64,000 bases of DNA from Fimicolochytrium jonesii (lineage: Eukaryota). Of this stretch, positions 12,142 through 25,684 are shown piece by piece (position 1 is the first letter of the stretch; every line of letters starts with the position of its first letter). The stretch covers positions 1,116,001-1,180,000 of the forward strand of contig NW_026515672.1 in the NCBI RefSeq assembly GCF_025526975.1. Direction: 5' to 3'. The translations under genes and the position numbers were made by a program. The notes beneath the pieces are model-generated. The model made no database searches. It was not told where the DNA came from and saw only the letters and a list, made by a program, of their open reading frames with translations.

Positions 12142-12866
12142 GGCAGTTGGAACTGGGTGTGCGTTGGGGAAAAGCGTTGTCTGATATGCTTTCTGATGTT
12201 CGTGATCTCGTCACTGAAAGGCAATGGGTGCTTTGGTGAGACCGATCGACATCAGAAATTGCTGGAATTGACCGAACCTCAATGCCTTGAAATTCGAGCT
12301 TAGACTGCGCGAAGAAAAGATGAAAATACTGCGACGATAGACGTTTTCTCTTGCAGTGAAGGATGAAACCAGCGTCCCTCTTCGGTCCCCTGTCCCTTTG
12401 CATGCATCATTGGGGGACCGTCGGGTTCTCGCGCTGTCGAAATCTTCTGCGATGGAAGGCAATAGAAGTTGTGGCGGGAGTGGCTTGGAGAAGTGGCTTG
12501 CGCAGGCACTGCTACGTTGACGACCACGGGCATTGCAGGCTGATCTCACCACACACCGTATTCCAATCTCAAAACAATATACAAGGTAAGACGGGGCAAA
12601 GATAGCGAGAGGGAGCTGTTTAGGGTTTTGCAAAAGAGGAGTCGCTTTAGGTGCGGATCGTGTGTGGATGTCACCGCAGGATGATCCTTGCAGAGCTCTC
12701 GAAGCGCCGAACGAACTCCCATCGCCTTTTGGATCTGAATGAAAACATATGTGACGGCTCGCATTGACTGACCCACAGCTTTCATTTCTTTTCAACCTCA
12801 CTCTCATTCTCCATCGCTCGATCCTTTCTTGGTTATCCGCACGTTCACTCCCGTCATCTCATCACC

Positions 12867-13595
12867 ATGGCACTTCGATTCTCCAACGTCCTCCGATCTG
12901 TTCACAACGCGGGTTTTCGCCAGATGGCTCTCCCTAAGGTTTTCTTCGACGTCACTGCTGACAACGAGCCCCTTGGCCGTATCGTCATGGAGGTATGTAA
13001 TTGAGCGAAAACCCCCATCATTTCCTGATAAAAAGTGGTCTCGCTTTGTCAACATCCGACTTATCCCTGCATTTTTCCAATCCAGCTCCGCTCCGACGTT
13101 GTCCCCAAGACTGCTGAGAACTTCCGTGCTCTCTGCACTGGCGAGAAGGGTTTCGGTTACGCCGGATCCAGCTTCCACCGTGTCATTCCCCAGTTCATGT
13201 TGCAGGGTGGTGACTTCACCAACCACAACGGTACAGGTGGCAAGTCCATCTACGGAAACAAGTTCGAGGACGAGTAAGTTATATTCTTCGTGGAGGGCTG
13301 AAAGGTCCGCCTATGCTCATTGCGAATCCATACTAAACGTGTTACGTCCGATCACAGGAACTTCCAACTGAAGCACACCGGACCCGGTATCCTCTCCATG
13401 GCCAACGCCGGCCCCGGAACCAACGGCTCCCAGTTCTTCATCTGCACTGTCCAGACCACCTGGTTGGACGGCAAGCACGTCGTTTTCGGCAAGGTCACCG
13501 AGGGTCTGGACGTTGTCCAGAAGATCGAGTCTTTCGGCTCCCAGTCTGGAAAGACCAAGAAGAAGGTCGTCATCGCCAAGTCCGGCCAATTGTAA
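12867..13595 (+). CDS. Cyclophilin A-type peptidyl-prolyl isomerase (exons 12867-12992, 13086-13273, 13358-13595); second in-frame ATG at 12924
   Basis: [68 protein letters not shown]...[18 protein letters not shown]...[10 protein letters not shown]. Confidence 0.97.
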
Positions 13596-14193
13596 ATTTG
13601 ATCCCTTGATAGATCTGTAGTGCCTATAGTAACCCGAAACTAAGTGTGCTATTGTATTTGAATACATGTGATCAGCCAGACCTCCCATGTGTCTCTATGG
13701 TGACGGATCCCAGCGCACTCGCAGCACTCGCATCTGGGGAAGATGTTAGCGAGACTTGGGCGTATGGCAAAAGCAAACTTCTCATGTGCACAGTGAGTCA
13801 CAAATCAGTCGTTGACAGGTCACGTGGTTTTATTCCTCGCATGAGAAACGAAACCACAGGGGGCCGATCAACACCAGCAATGAATAGACAGCGACGCGCC
13901 CCCTACCTTGTGTTTCCCTTGGCTTCTGCGCTTTCCGAGGAACGCAAAGGGCAAGAGGGACGGGACAGCAAGGGTTTGCCATTGTGTGAAAGCTCAGCAA
14001 GGAGAACAATTTTCCCACGCCCAGACAGTCGCTGATTCCCCACGCACCGTCTTCAGTCCATCGCCACTTTCTCTGCCTCCTCAACTTCCCATTCGAATCT
14101 CGCTTCGTTTGAGAAAGACATTCGCTCGGTGCACGTTTCCCCACTCCTTTCGGACGTATTCCCACCGATCAACAAAACTCCCAAGCGTACCCA

Positions 14194-17105
<2,912 letters not shown>

Positions 17106-17426
17106 ACACCTCGACGTGCCGTCCCAAAAAAAACTATATCTTTGGAATCCCCCAAAAAAACACAAAACGCAACACGACCCGTCCTTCCCTGTATGGACGG
17201 GGCGTGTATGGGAAGGACGGGTTTTGTTTGATTAGCTATCCCTTGATGCCGCCCATTTGCCCTTGTTAGTGGGTGGTGGTTGTGTATTGATTTATGTCTG
17301 TTTTTGTTTTCGTCGATGTGTTTGGATGTGTGTGTCTTTTTTTTTTTACTTAATCTCTATACGTGGTGACTTAGCTTGTGCTTGGTGCGCATGGATTATG
17401 GTGTGGATTGGAGGTAGACCTAGTCA

Positions 17427-18334
17427 ATGGAAGACATAGGTCGCTGTTTGGGATGGACTTTGCGGTTAATCGCGAGACGGGGATCTTTGCGCCCTGTTGA
17501 GCACCAAGTCGCGCAACACGAGGAGGAGATGCGGCTCCAACCCGACAAGGCGTCCAGCAGCATCCTGCAGTGGGTGAGCGTGTACAACCGGTACATCTCC
17601 TTCTTCGTGCGTAACTTTGGCGAACCGGCAAACGTCCTCGGCAAACAGCACATGACACAAGTCATCGCGACACTGCGGTCTATCCTGTGCAAGCTGTTCC
17701 CGGATCACGGCGGCGACACCGTCAGGTACCTGAACGACATGACCCGCAAGAGGTTCCCGCTGGTCAGTCGTGAAGCTATCCCGGGCGCCGATGTATGCAT
17801 TGGCCGATTGCCGCTGACGGACTTTGGCTGCATAGCCCTTTCCTGGACGCTTTTGCTCTGCACGCGTCGATGAAGTTTAGCGACGATTCCACCAAGGCGC
17901 AGCCAATGGCGGCTCATTAGCACAGCCGGATCTTGAAATCGTTCTTCAAGAATTGCCTTGCAACGGTCCTGCATGCCCTTCGAGGAGTACTGCAATGCAC
18001 GGGAGGTGTCCACCGCTAAGCAGCACTGGATGTGCGCGCGTACACACGCCCCATGGGCAAGCCGGAAACAGCTCGGCCGACCAATACGTCTACCTTGCGT
18101 ACGGCGTTGGCTGCCCTGCGCGCGCAGGAGTTGCTGTTGACGCATTTGTCGGCATCGGCGGCGTCGCCGCACAATCAGGAATGGACGGCGATGAACCCGT
18201 ATTGGCAGTGGGTGTTCTGTCATTATGGCGGGAAGCTGTTGATTGAGTTGGGATCGCTTGCATATTTCAACCGCAAGTTGATTCCGCTGGGAATGATATC
18301 GGCGTTGAAGAGTGCGAGGCTGAAGTGGAAGTAA
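17427..18334 (+). pseudogene. Unknown protein-like ORF fragments, probably disrupted
   Basis: Two protein-like ORFs (17427-17873 and 18032-18334). After the obvious acceptor near 17835 all three frames hit stops, so they could not be joined. Confidence 0.3.
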
Positions 18335-18880
18335 GAACTGGGCGAGCGATGTTGATGGAAGTGTGGCGGGAAGTTTTGGCGGTGCTTTGTAAATATGTGA
18401 GGTTGACAGCGTAACAGTGCAGCCTTTCCATTGTGAATACAGAGATTTGTATATAGCACTGCTTATTGATGACTCTTTATTGCCCATGAGGTTTTCTTTC
18501 ACCCAGCCGAGCGGGAGTGCTGGAAGGACCTGAAATTGACAGCCAGTGACGGCATCTGATTTTGGACTGACAGGACTGTCATTTCTTGAACTCCGACCGC
18601 GTCACCCGATCGCTTGAACTTTTAGATCCCCGTTTCCCCCAAAGGTTCTTGAAAGCCAAGCAGCGAATCCACGTCACCCCAGACCCAAGCTATGGGCTCG
18701 AGAGAGAACCCGCTACTCTAGTAGCCCCAGATATTTCAGGCCGTCCCTTCACCGAATTTTCGGCTCATTACCCCTTCATTTTCACATCCAGAAAAATAGG
18801 GACTCATTCGAGTACAACAGAAACCTGCTCTCCACACAGTCCATTCGGCGATTCCACCGTTCCTCACGGTCTTGCGCAAG

Positions 18881-21800
18881 ATGGACGACTATTACGAGCA
18901 CATGGAAAGAATTTTGGCTGAGCATGTAGCAACATCTATCAGCAGCGAGCCGGACACCACAGCAGGCTTCGCCGCTCTCGGCAACTTCTACAAGTGCCAA
19001 GCGTTTAGAAAGCATTTCGGCCTGGACACTCAGCCGGCCTCCAAGCTCAATCTCGTCTGGACCGTCGAAACCGGAGACCAGAAACGTTCGATCCAGCGAA
19101 GATGGGACCCTGCCTCTGGCCTGCTGCCGACAGTTCGTTTGGGAAATGTCTATCGAGATTTTCATTATATGGCTGATGAATGGACGGGTGGGAAGACGCC
19201 GGCGCTGTGGGTGCTGCAGGGCAGCGTTCCAGCAGAGGCTGTTGAAGAGGTACTTAGCAGCTTGAAGGAGAATGGGCAGGATGCAGTCACCGACCAAGCC
19301 GACGGCACTCTATTCTCGTTCATGTTTGTCAGCGCCGCTGGAACACGCACTCGCCGCCAGTGTGGGATTCCAGTGGAAGATGTGATGGCGCTTTTGGAGC
19401 AGGCCAAAGCTGTGGAAGAGATGCTTGACGACTTGGAATCTTGCGGTATTTGCTCCGTCTCTTTCGGACAGTCAGAGCGAGAGGAATTCGGGCGCTTTGG
19501 CGGCGCACACAAAGGCGTGGAAAGCAAGCACACAGATCGCGTCCTCATAACGGCCTTCAATCCCAGCGACCTATCTAGAGTGTGGTCATCAAGCACTACC
19601 GATTGCCGATTTGGGTGTGTCCATATCAAACTCAGGAGATCTCCAACTTTTCGCCCGCAGGTGGACTCGCAACAGCTCTCTTGGGAGCCGTTCACCGATA
19701 CGCAAACTCGCAATCCTAAAATCGAATGGGAGGGAAACGTCTTTGTCGATAAGCATGAACAATGCCATATCCGCGACCCGGAAGCGAAACTTTTTGGACT
19801 CCATTCTGTCGAACGCTGCGACACGCTCGCAGATTATGCACCGTTGATCCACTACGTCTTTTACCGTCTGCAAACGCTCAACACAAACATCAACCATCAA
19901 AAAGGCTGGCCAGAGATTCGGTTTCCGTTCCCACGCATCTTTGACTTTTTCAATGAACCTACGGCCCGCGCGGTGGGGTACAAGCCGCCGCAATGCTTCA
20001 AGACGTCCATGACTGCCGCACTCGCCTGGGCATACGCCTTTGTGCGTGGATTCACCGTGACGGTCATATTGCGCAATATCGGTGCTCGGCAGACAGGCGT
20101 AGTGGGTTTCAAAACGAAAGGCATTGCCACAATCAACAGACACATCCGCCGTTTCATCGAGGAAATAGCCGATCAGATTCGCGATAACGGGTGGGACGAA
20201 GATTTGGAGGACGTGATCGAAGCGCTCTCGTTGAATATCAAAACCGACCAAGTGATGAAATGGGGCGAATCCAACTCCCTTCGCAACACGCGCCTCTCAG
20301 ACCCTCGACGCGCGGAAGGGTTTGCGAAACAGTGCGACCGCCTAGCGGCTGAAGTCAACTCGGTCCTGGTACTCCCGCTCAACATCAGCGCAATGTATTT
20401 GTTTATCGAGACCATGAAGAACGTCGGCCAGCTCAAACGCACGGTAGTTATGATTGATGAAGCGGATGAGCCCATTTCATCTTATGCACGTAACGGTACA
20501 TGTATTGAAAGAACTATGTACCCAACCGGAGCGGGTCCCGGCTGTCTTCAATCGGAACTATTTGATGCAAACGAAGATGACGACGAGCGGGACGAAAGCG
20601 AGGTAGAAGAGGAACTCGTGGACCTGTTCAACGACAATCACATGAAAAGCATTCCGCACTTGATCGGAATCACGGCGACCATTCATCCAATCCTCTTCAC
20701 GAATCAAGACACATTGTTTTATACCTTTGTGATGCCGGTGGCGCCCAACTACATCGGCATCAATACGCCAAAATACTGCACTCATCGAGTGGCCATCATC
20801 ACTGATAGACTGCCCGTGCAGCCTTCGCAATCGAGAATGCTCGACGCCGATGAATGGTGGAGCGTGGAGAGACCCGTGCTTGAACGAATATACCAACGCT
20901 GGGAAGCGGACAAAGCGGACTTTGCGGCATGCCTCATCACGACGAGCGGAACCACTTGCCGAGTCGCCAAGCAGCAGATTGGCGCGATCGCTATCGCGCA
21001 CAGCACAACGTTCCCGATCGCGGCCGTCGTGACCAACGGTGTATCTACGGAAATCAACTTTTCGCGTCATTTCTGGCACGTCACCCCCGAAGCGATCCGA
21101 GTACAGCTGGTCAAACGTCTGAAGAAGCGGGGAGATCTCAAACTACTGCCAAAAGCGTCCTTCGGAGCCTGCCGGCCCCGTCTGCTTCCCGTCGATTTTG
21201 AACAGCTCAAAATTCGCGTGCTACCTCTAGCCAACAGCTTCCGCATCGAAGACGAGACCGGCACCATCTACACCCGGCAGCATCCGAGCGTCATGATCGA
21301 GTTGGTGCTCGCGGCGTTTGAAGCAGCGCGCCTCCCTCACCCGCGGTGCTGCTTCCTCGGCACCGACGTGATGTGCGGGCGCGAGAAATCGTACGTCTCG
21401 TTCAGCGGACGCGAAGCTGTCACCGATATGTACCAAAACTATCCAGCGGGGCAGAATATGACCAAGGCGTGTCAGACAACGGGCCGGGTGTGCGGGGTCG
21501 TCACACATGCGAATGCGAAACTCAAAGTGCGGCGATTATGGATCAATAAAGATGTGTATCAGGACATCCTGTTCATGCAGAGCCTGACCGACAATGTTAT
21601 TCAACTGCTGGGGAAGTTCCGTGGGGAGTCGCTTGACAAGATCAGTCAGCGTGTCGTGGCGGGGAGAACCGGGCTTTCGGCGCAAGATGTGGAGCACTGG
21701 AATAGGGTTACGGAGATGTATCGCCGCACGGTTACGGGCGCACAAGGAGGTGGACGCCGCCGCCGAAACAATAACAACAATGAGGATGAGCAACCGAAGA

Positions 21801-21922
21801 AGAGGGTCAAGTTTGCGAAGCCGCAGCATCAGAAGGAGGTCAACAAGATGGTTGAGCATATGTCTTTCTTGTCGATGGCGGCGGAAAAGCGTATGGTGGT
21901 TGCCGGAGGTCAGTCTGGGTGA
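18881..21922 (+). CDS. Intronless 1013-aa superfamily-2 helicase-like protein of the Z1-domain-associated type
   Basis: Motifs in order: GYKPPQCFKT (Walker A-like), VVMIDEADE (Walker B), LIGITAT (III), PVAPNYIG, GTDVMCGREKS (V-like), QTTGRVCG (VI-like). C-terminal NLS-like PKKRVKF. Confidence 0.65.
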   Translation: MDDYYEHMERILAEHVATSISSEPDTTAGFAALGNFYKCQAFRKHFGLDTQPASKLNLVWTVETGDQKRSIQRRWDPASGLLPTVRLGNVYRDFHYMADEWTGGKTPALWVLQGSVPAEAVEEVLSSLKENGQDAVTDQADGTLFSFMFVSAAGTRTRRQCGIPVEDVMALLEQAKAVEEMLDDLESCGICSVSFGQSEREEFGRFGGAHKGVESKHTDRVLITAFNPSDLSRVWSSSTTDCRFGCVHIKLRRSPTFRPQVDSQQLSWEPFTDTQTRNPKIEWEGNVFVDKHEQCHIRDPEAKLFGLHSVERCDTLADYAPLIHYVFYRLQTLNTNINHQKGWPEIRFPFPRIFDFFNEPTARAVGYKPPQCFKTSMTAALAWAYAFVRGFTVTVILRNIGARQTGVVGFKTKGIATINRHIRRFIEEIADQIRDNGWDEDLEDVIEALSLNIKTDQVMKWGESNSLRNTRLSDPRRAEGFAKQCDRLAAEVNSVLVLPLNISAMYLFIETMKNVGQLKRTVVMIDEADEPISSYARNGTCIERTMYPTGAGPGCLQSELFDANEDDDERDESEVEEELVDLFNDNHMKSIPHLIGITATIHPILFTNQDTLFYTFVMPVAPNYIGINTPKYCTHRVAIITDRLPVQPSQSRMLDADEWWSVERPVLERIYQRWEADKADFAACLITTSGTTCRVAKQQIGAIAIAHSTTFPIAAVVTNGVSTEINFSRHFWHVTPEAIRVQLVKRLKKRGDLKLLPKASFGACRPRLLPVDFEQLKIRVLPLANSFRIEDETGTIYTRQHPSVMIELVLAAFEAARLPHPRCCFLGTDVMCGREKSYVSFSGREAVTDMYQNYPAGQNMTKACQTTGRVCGVVTHANAKLKVRRLWINKDVYQDILFMQSLTDNVIQLLGKFRGESLDKISQRVVAGRTGLSAQDVEHWNRVTEMYRRTVTGAQGGGRRRRNNNNNEDEQPKKRVKFAKPQHQKEVNKMVEHMSFLSMAAEKRMVVAGGQSG

Positions 21923-23445
21923 TATATGCCGGAAGAGGTTGAAACATTCACACCTTAGCGGCGGGGTTTTGTCAACCGCATCGATGGAAGAACCGCCAAA
22001 TCATTTCATGCAAGGGGATTTGCCCATGAAAGCGAACGATATCTGGTCACCAAGCAAGTAACAACGAACGGAAGCGCACGATGCTGCTGCATTTGGATGA
22101 GACCACGTTTATGCCTATTATCGGGTGGGCTCACCGAAGACTCCCCTGCCTTGATAAGTGTACGTGGCCCTCGCTGCTTTTATGCGGTAAATGCAAATCA
22201 GCGAAATCGCCTCCCACCTGCCTCATGTATATAGCTGAATAACTTATATAGTCGCTCCAAAATAGCTGAAGAAACACATTCAATAACATTCAGTCGGCAA
22301 TCAATGCCTCTGCACTGGTCTTCAACGGTTCTTCAATCATGAGACGTGGTCCTCGGGACAAACGGAAGAAAGAGCTACATCACCCAATGTTTTGGTGATC
22401 CTCCATCACGGGACTGACTGGGCCGACCCCAGCTTAGCTTCGGACATATGGCCGTAGTCCGACGCCTTCCGCGCATCGTGTGAAAAATGACGGCGGCCGA
22501 AATCCTTTTTAACATGCATTTCCTACGCACTTCGGGCCTCATTGCCATCTTCACATCTCTCGCCTTGCCTTGCCCCACGGCGTCCATGTCTTACGCAATT
22601 AGCGGCGTCCACTCTTTCTTCCCCACCAACACGACAACATGAGCTGCTTTCCCGTTGATGTGCCCGTTCTCAACCTCTTTCAGAAGGCGTAAGCGTGGTA
22701 TCTTCTTTCCAGCCAGTTCATCTTTGTTCATCTCTGCCGCTTCGAGAAGCAACCACCGGCGAGTGCGAATCAAGGCCAGCGCCACCTACATTACTGATCG
22801 GGCCGCGGGGAATAGTTTTACTCCCTCCTCGGACCGAGTGAGGGAAGCAAACTCAAGCACCTCCGGCGGCGCAGGGCTGCCGTTCCCCGAGCAAAATCTG
22901 TTACCTTCCGCGTCCTTCCATCACGCAGGGCCAGTAACTGGGGCGATACTTGGCGAGGCAATTCTTTGGCCGTTTATCCAAACGTGAGCGTTGTTCTTCG
23001 GTTGACCTCTTCGGGAGACTATGCGCATGGAGCCTACAACTAATTGTCTTAATGAGTGGATATCCTACTACAAGCCCGTGCCCGTCCGTGCGGACTGGTT
23101 AGCTTCAAGTTGTTTGCTATGAAGCCCTCTCAGTAGTCTCCCGGGGCTGTTGTCAAGGCTGTATGCTTCACTTGGCCCACTTGGCCCACAAATCTCCGTC
23201 GGCGTGTCCATTGCGAACATTGCGACGTGGCAAATGCGAACATCACCCAAGCTTCGCACTCTGCTTCGCACTGCAAGAATCAACGGCTACCTGGATACAG
23301 AGTGACTCTGAGACCTTCTATCCCGACGAATATATTCGTCTTGTAGGCCATATCCCTCCTCTGTCTCTCTCTACTGGGAATTAGCTTGTTTGACAACAAC
23401 ATCGGGTTGGAGGTGGTCACTAGACGACGTTTCCCAGACCATACA

Positions 23446-24906
23446 ATGGAACCCACAAACGGCAACCACCATAAGTTGCTGCGGCAGAAGGATAAACTGG
23501 GGAGACTCCGAGCGTTAAAGTCGGCACCATTGTCCTCCGAAAGCCACCTCATACTCCGCTCATGTTCCTCCTACCGCCCCTGCAACCTCCCCCTTCTCGG
23601 CGGCGACGAAACCTCCACCCCTCGCCCAGCATCCTCAACCCTCGCTTCCGCTCTCACCGCTCTCGGCTCCATTACCGGCGCCGCTGTCCCCTCAGCCGTC
23701 CCCTCCGGCCCCGACGGCTTTATCTCCACCTACGTTAGTGATCTGTTTCGTTCCTCCCCACATACAACCCTGCAAATCCTGCTAGGAACCTCTCTCTATG
23801 TCTCACACAGTGTCGGATTGACACCTTACCACAATTTGCTGTTCCACCCTCGTTTGTTCTGGGCACCGAGATATCAGCTATGGCGGGGTGTCACGGGTTT
23901 CGCAGTCACAGCGTTCAGTCTGATGGATGTTGTGAAGAGCGCTGTGGGGATGGTCTACTGGCAAGCGCCGCTGGAGAGATGGTTCGACGGATCCGGCGAC
24001 GTCGTCCGTGGAGCCATCGTCGTGCGTGCAGGGAGAAATAGGTCTCGCAAGAACGCGAGCGGCGGCAGTGGCGGCGGCGGGCGCAAATCCGTCCTGGAGT
24101 GGCTGCTCCTGGACAACAAATACATCCGCGCACAAGCCCTCGCAGCCGCCGTCATCATCGCCATCGAACTCATCCTTCAACGCTCGACCGCCTCTTACAT
24201 CCCCACCTCCGTCGCCAACGGCACAATCGACCTCTCCTCACTACCCTCCAACATCACCCAACACCTCCCGTCCGCAATCACATCCATGTTCCTCTTCCCT
24301 TACTCCCTCTTCCCGCCCCTCGAACACGCCCTCAGATGGTTGTGGGCTCTCACCGCCCCAACAACGACGGCAACAACGGTCCTCGGCGTTGTGCCCATCA
24401 AACCCGTCTACCTCCCCCTCGCACTCTGCGCGATGGGCGGGTTCTCCTCTTGGAAGGATATGCTCAAAGGCCTCGTTGCCGCCCTCGTCGTTGGCAAAAT
24501 CATGGATGTTAGACGACCGCGCCCCGTTGATTCATATGTTGATTCCGGCGCCGGGTCGTCGTATGCGGCTGCTGGTGGTGGTTACGACGATAACATCGCC
24601 GACCCGCTCTCGCAGAATGTGGTCGATTGGTTCGCGGATACGGTGGCGAGCTGGGTCGTTTGGGGGAAGCGGCAGTCCGTGTCTGTGATCGGCCCGGCTG
24701 CGCCTGCATCTACGACAGCGACGTTCACACCACCCGCAGCATCGGCATCCATTGTGCAGACTGTTACGGGCTTCTTTGCGTCTTCCGTCACGCCACCGCC
24801 ACCATCGTCTTCGCAGCAGCAAGGGTACCGAACGTATAGACGTCACGACAACCCGCGAGCGGCCGAGGAGATTCGTATGTCCGACCTCGATTCGGGATAT
24901 TTGTGA
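23446..24906 (+). CDS. Derlin (Der1)-like membrane protein, divergent
   Basis: LLFHPRLFWAPRYQLWRGVTGF (derlin WR motif), WQAPLERWF and VLGVVPIKPVYLPLAL, with hydrophobic segments. Confidence 0.65.
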   Translation: MEPTNGNHHKLLRQKDKLGRLRALKSAPLSSESHLILRSCSSYRPCNLPLLGGDETSTPRPASSTLASALTALGSITGAAVPSAVPSGPDGFISTYVSDLFRSSPHTTLQILLGTSLYVSHSVGLTPYHNLLFHPRLFWAPRYQLWRGVTGFAVTAFSLMDVVKSAVGMVYWQAPLERWFDGSGDVVRGAIVVRAGRNRSRKNASGGSGGGGRKSVLEWLLLDNKYIRAQALAAAVIIAIELILQRSTASYIPTSVANGTIDLSSLPSNITQHLPSAITSMFLFPYSLFPPLEHALRWLWALTAPTTTATTVLGVVPIKPVYLPLALCAMGGFSSWKDMLKGLVAALVVGKIMDVRRPRPVDSYVDSGAGSSYAAAGGGYDDNIADPLSQNVVDWFADTVASWVVWGKRQSVSVIGPAAPASTTATFTPPAASASIVQTVTGFFASSVTPPPPSSSQQQGYRTYRRHDNPRAAEEIRMSDLDSGYL

Positions 24907-25684
24907 GGTCCATGCGATATATCATCGCGTGTGTTCCTGCGGTTGACGGATGCGTGACTAGGGCGTGTTGGTGGGAATACGTTTCGGATCGGGATCGGCG
25001 TCCAATTCCTTCTGCACGCAACGCCAGCTCAACGACGACTGTCAATCAACGCCATCCCACTCAACCTCTTGTTCTTTTTTGACCTATTTCCGAGTTTGCG
25101 TATCATTGTATTCCTTTGTACCTTCCAAGTTGTAGGAAGCCAGTCCGGGGGGAGGTTTCGTAGTGGGATCTGCTGGGCGGACGGGAAAATCATACAGTGT
25201 ACATGTTCTTTTGCTTCTGTTTCAATACATTGTTGTGAAGCGCACATACGATGATCTGTGGGATGCTGGTCTACCCCCTTGAGACAGCTGAACTGGGGCT
25301 CGCTGTTCGATGGAAATGAGAGCGATCAAAAATGCGCTAATATACTTGTTCTGCTCACGATCCTTGGCCTACAGATATGGGGATGCTACATTTCTGCAAG
25401 TATTTTTGATTTACTACACAAAGGAAAACCAAAACCCTAAGGTGGGAGAAAAAACCAAAATCCCTTCCCACTATACTGTCCTAACACCTAGTCACTATTG
25501 GATGAGTCGCTGGATGTGCCCTCATCACTACTGTCTGATCCCAACCCCACTTTGGGTGGTTTTGTCCGAACGAAGATGAATAATGGAACGAAAAAGAGGG
25601 AGAAACAGAAAAAGAAGGAATGAATGCATTAGTTTCCATCAGCAATATCTCAATCCCCAAAAGAACATCTTGCGCAACGATGAA

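Noticed and set aside
12804..13688. Long antisense ORFs over the cyclophilin (similar ones over DBP2, DBP3 and the helicase)
   Set aside because: They are shadows of biased codon usage on the coding strand.
25430..25530. Minus-strand GTGATGA downstream of BDF1
   Set aside because: There is no matching box D or guide.
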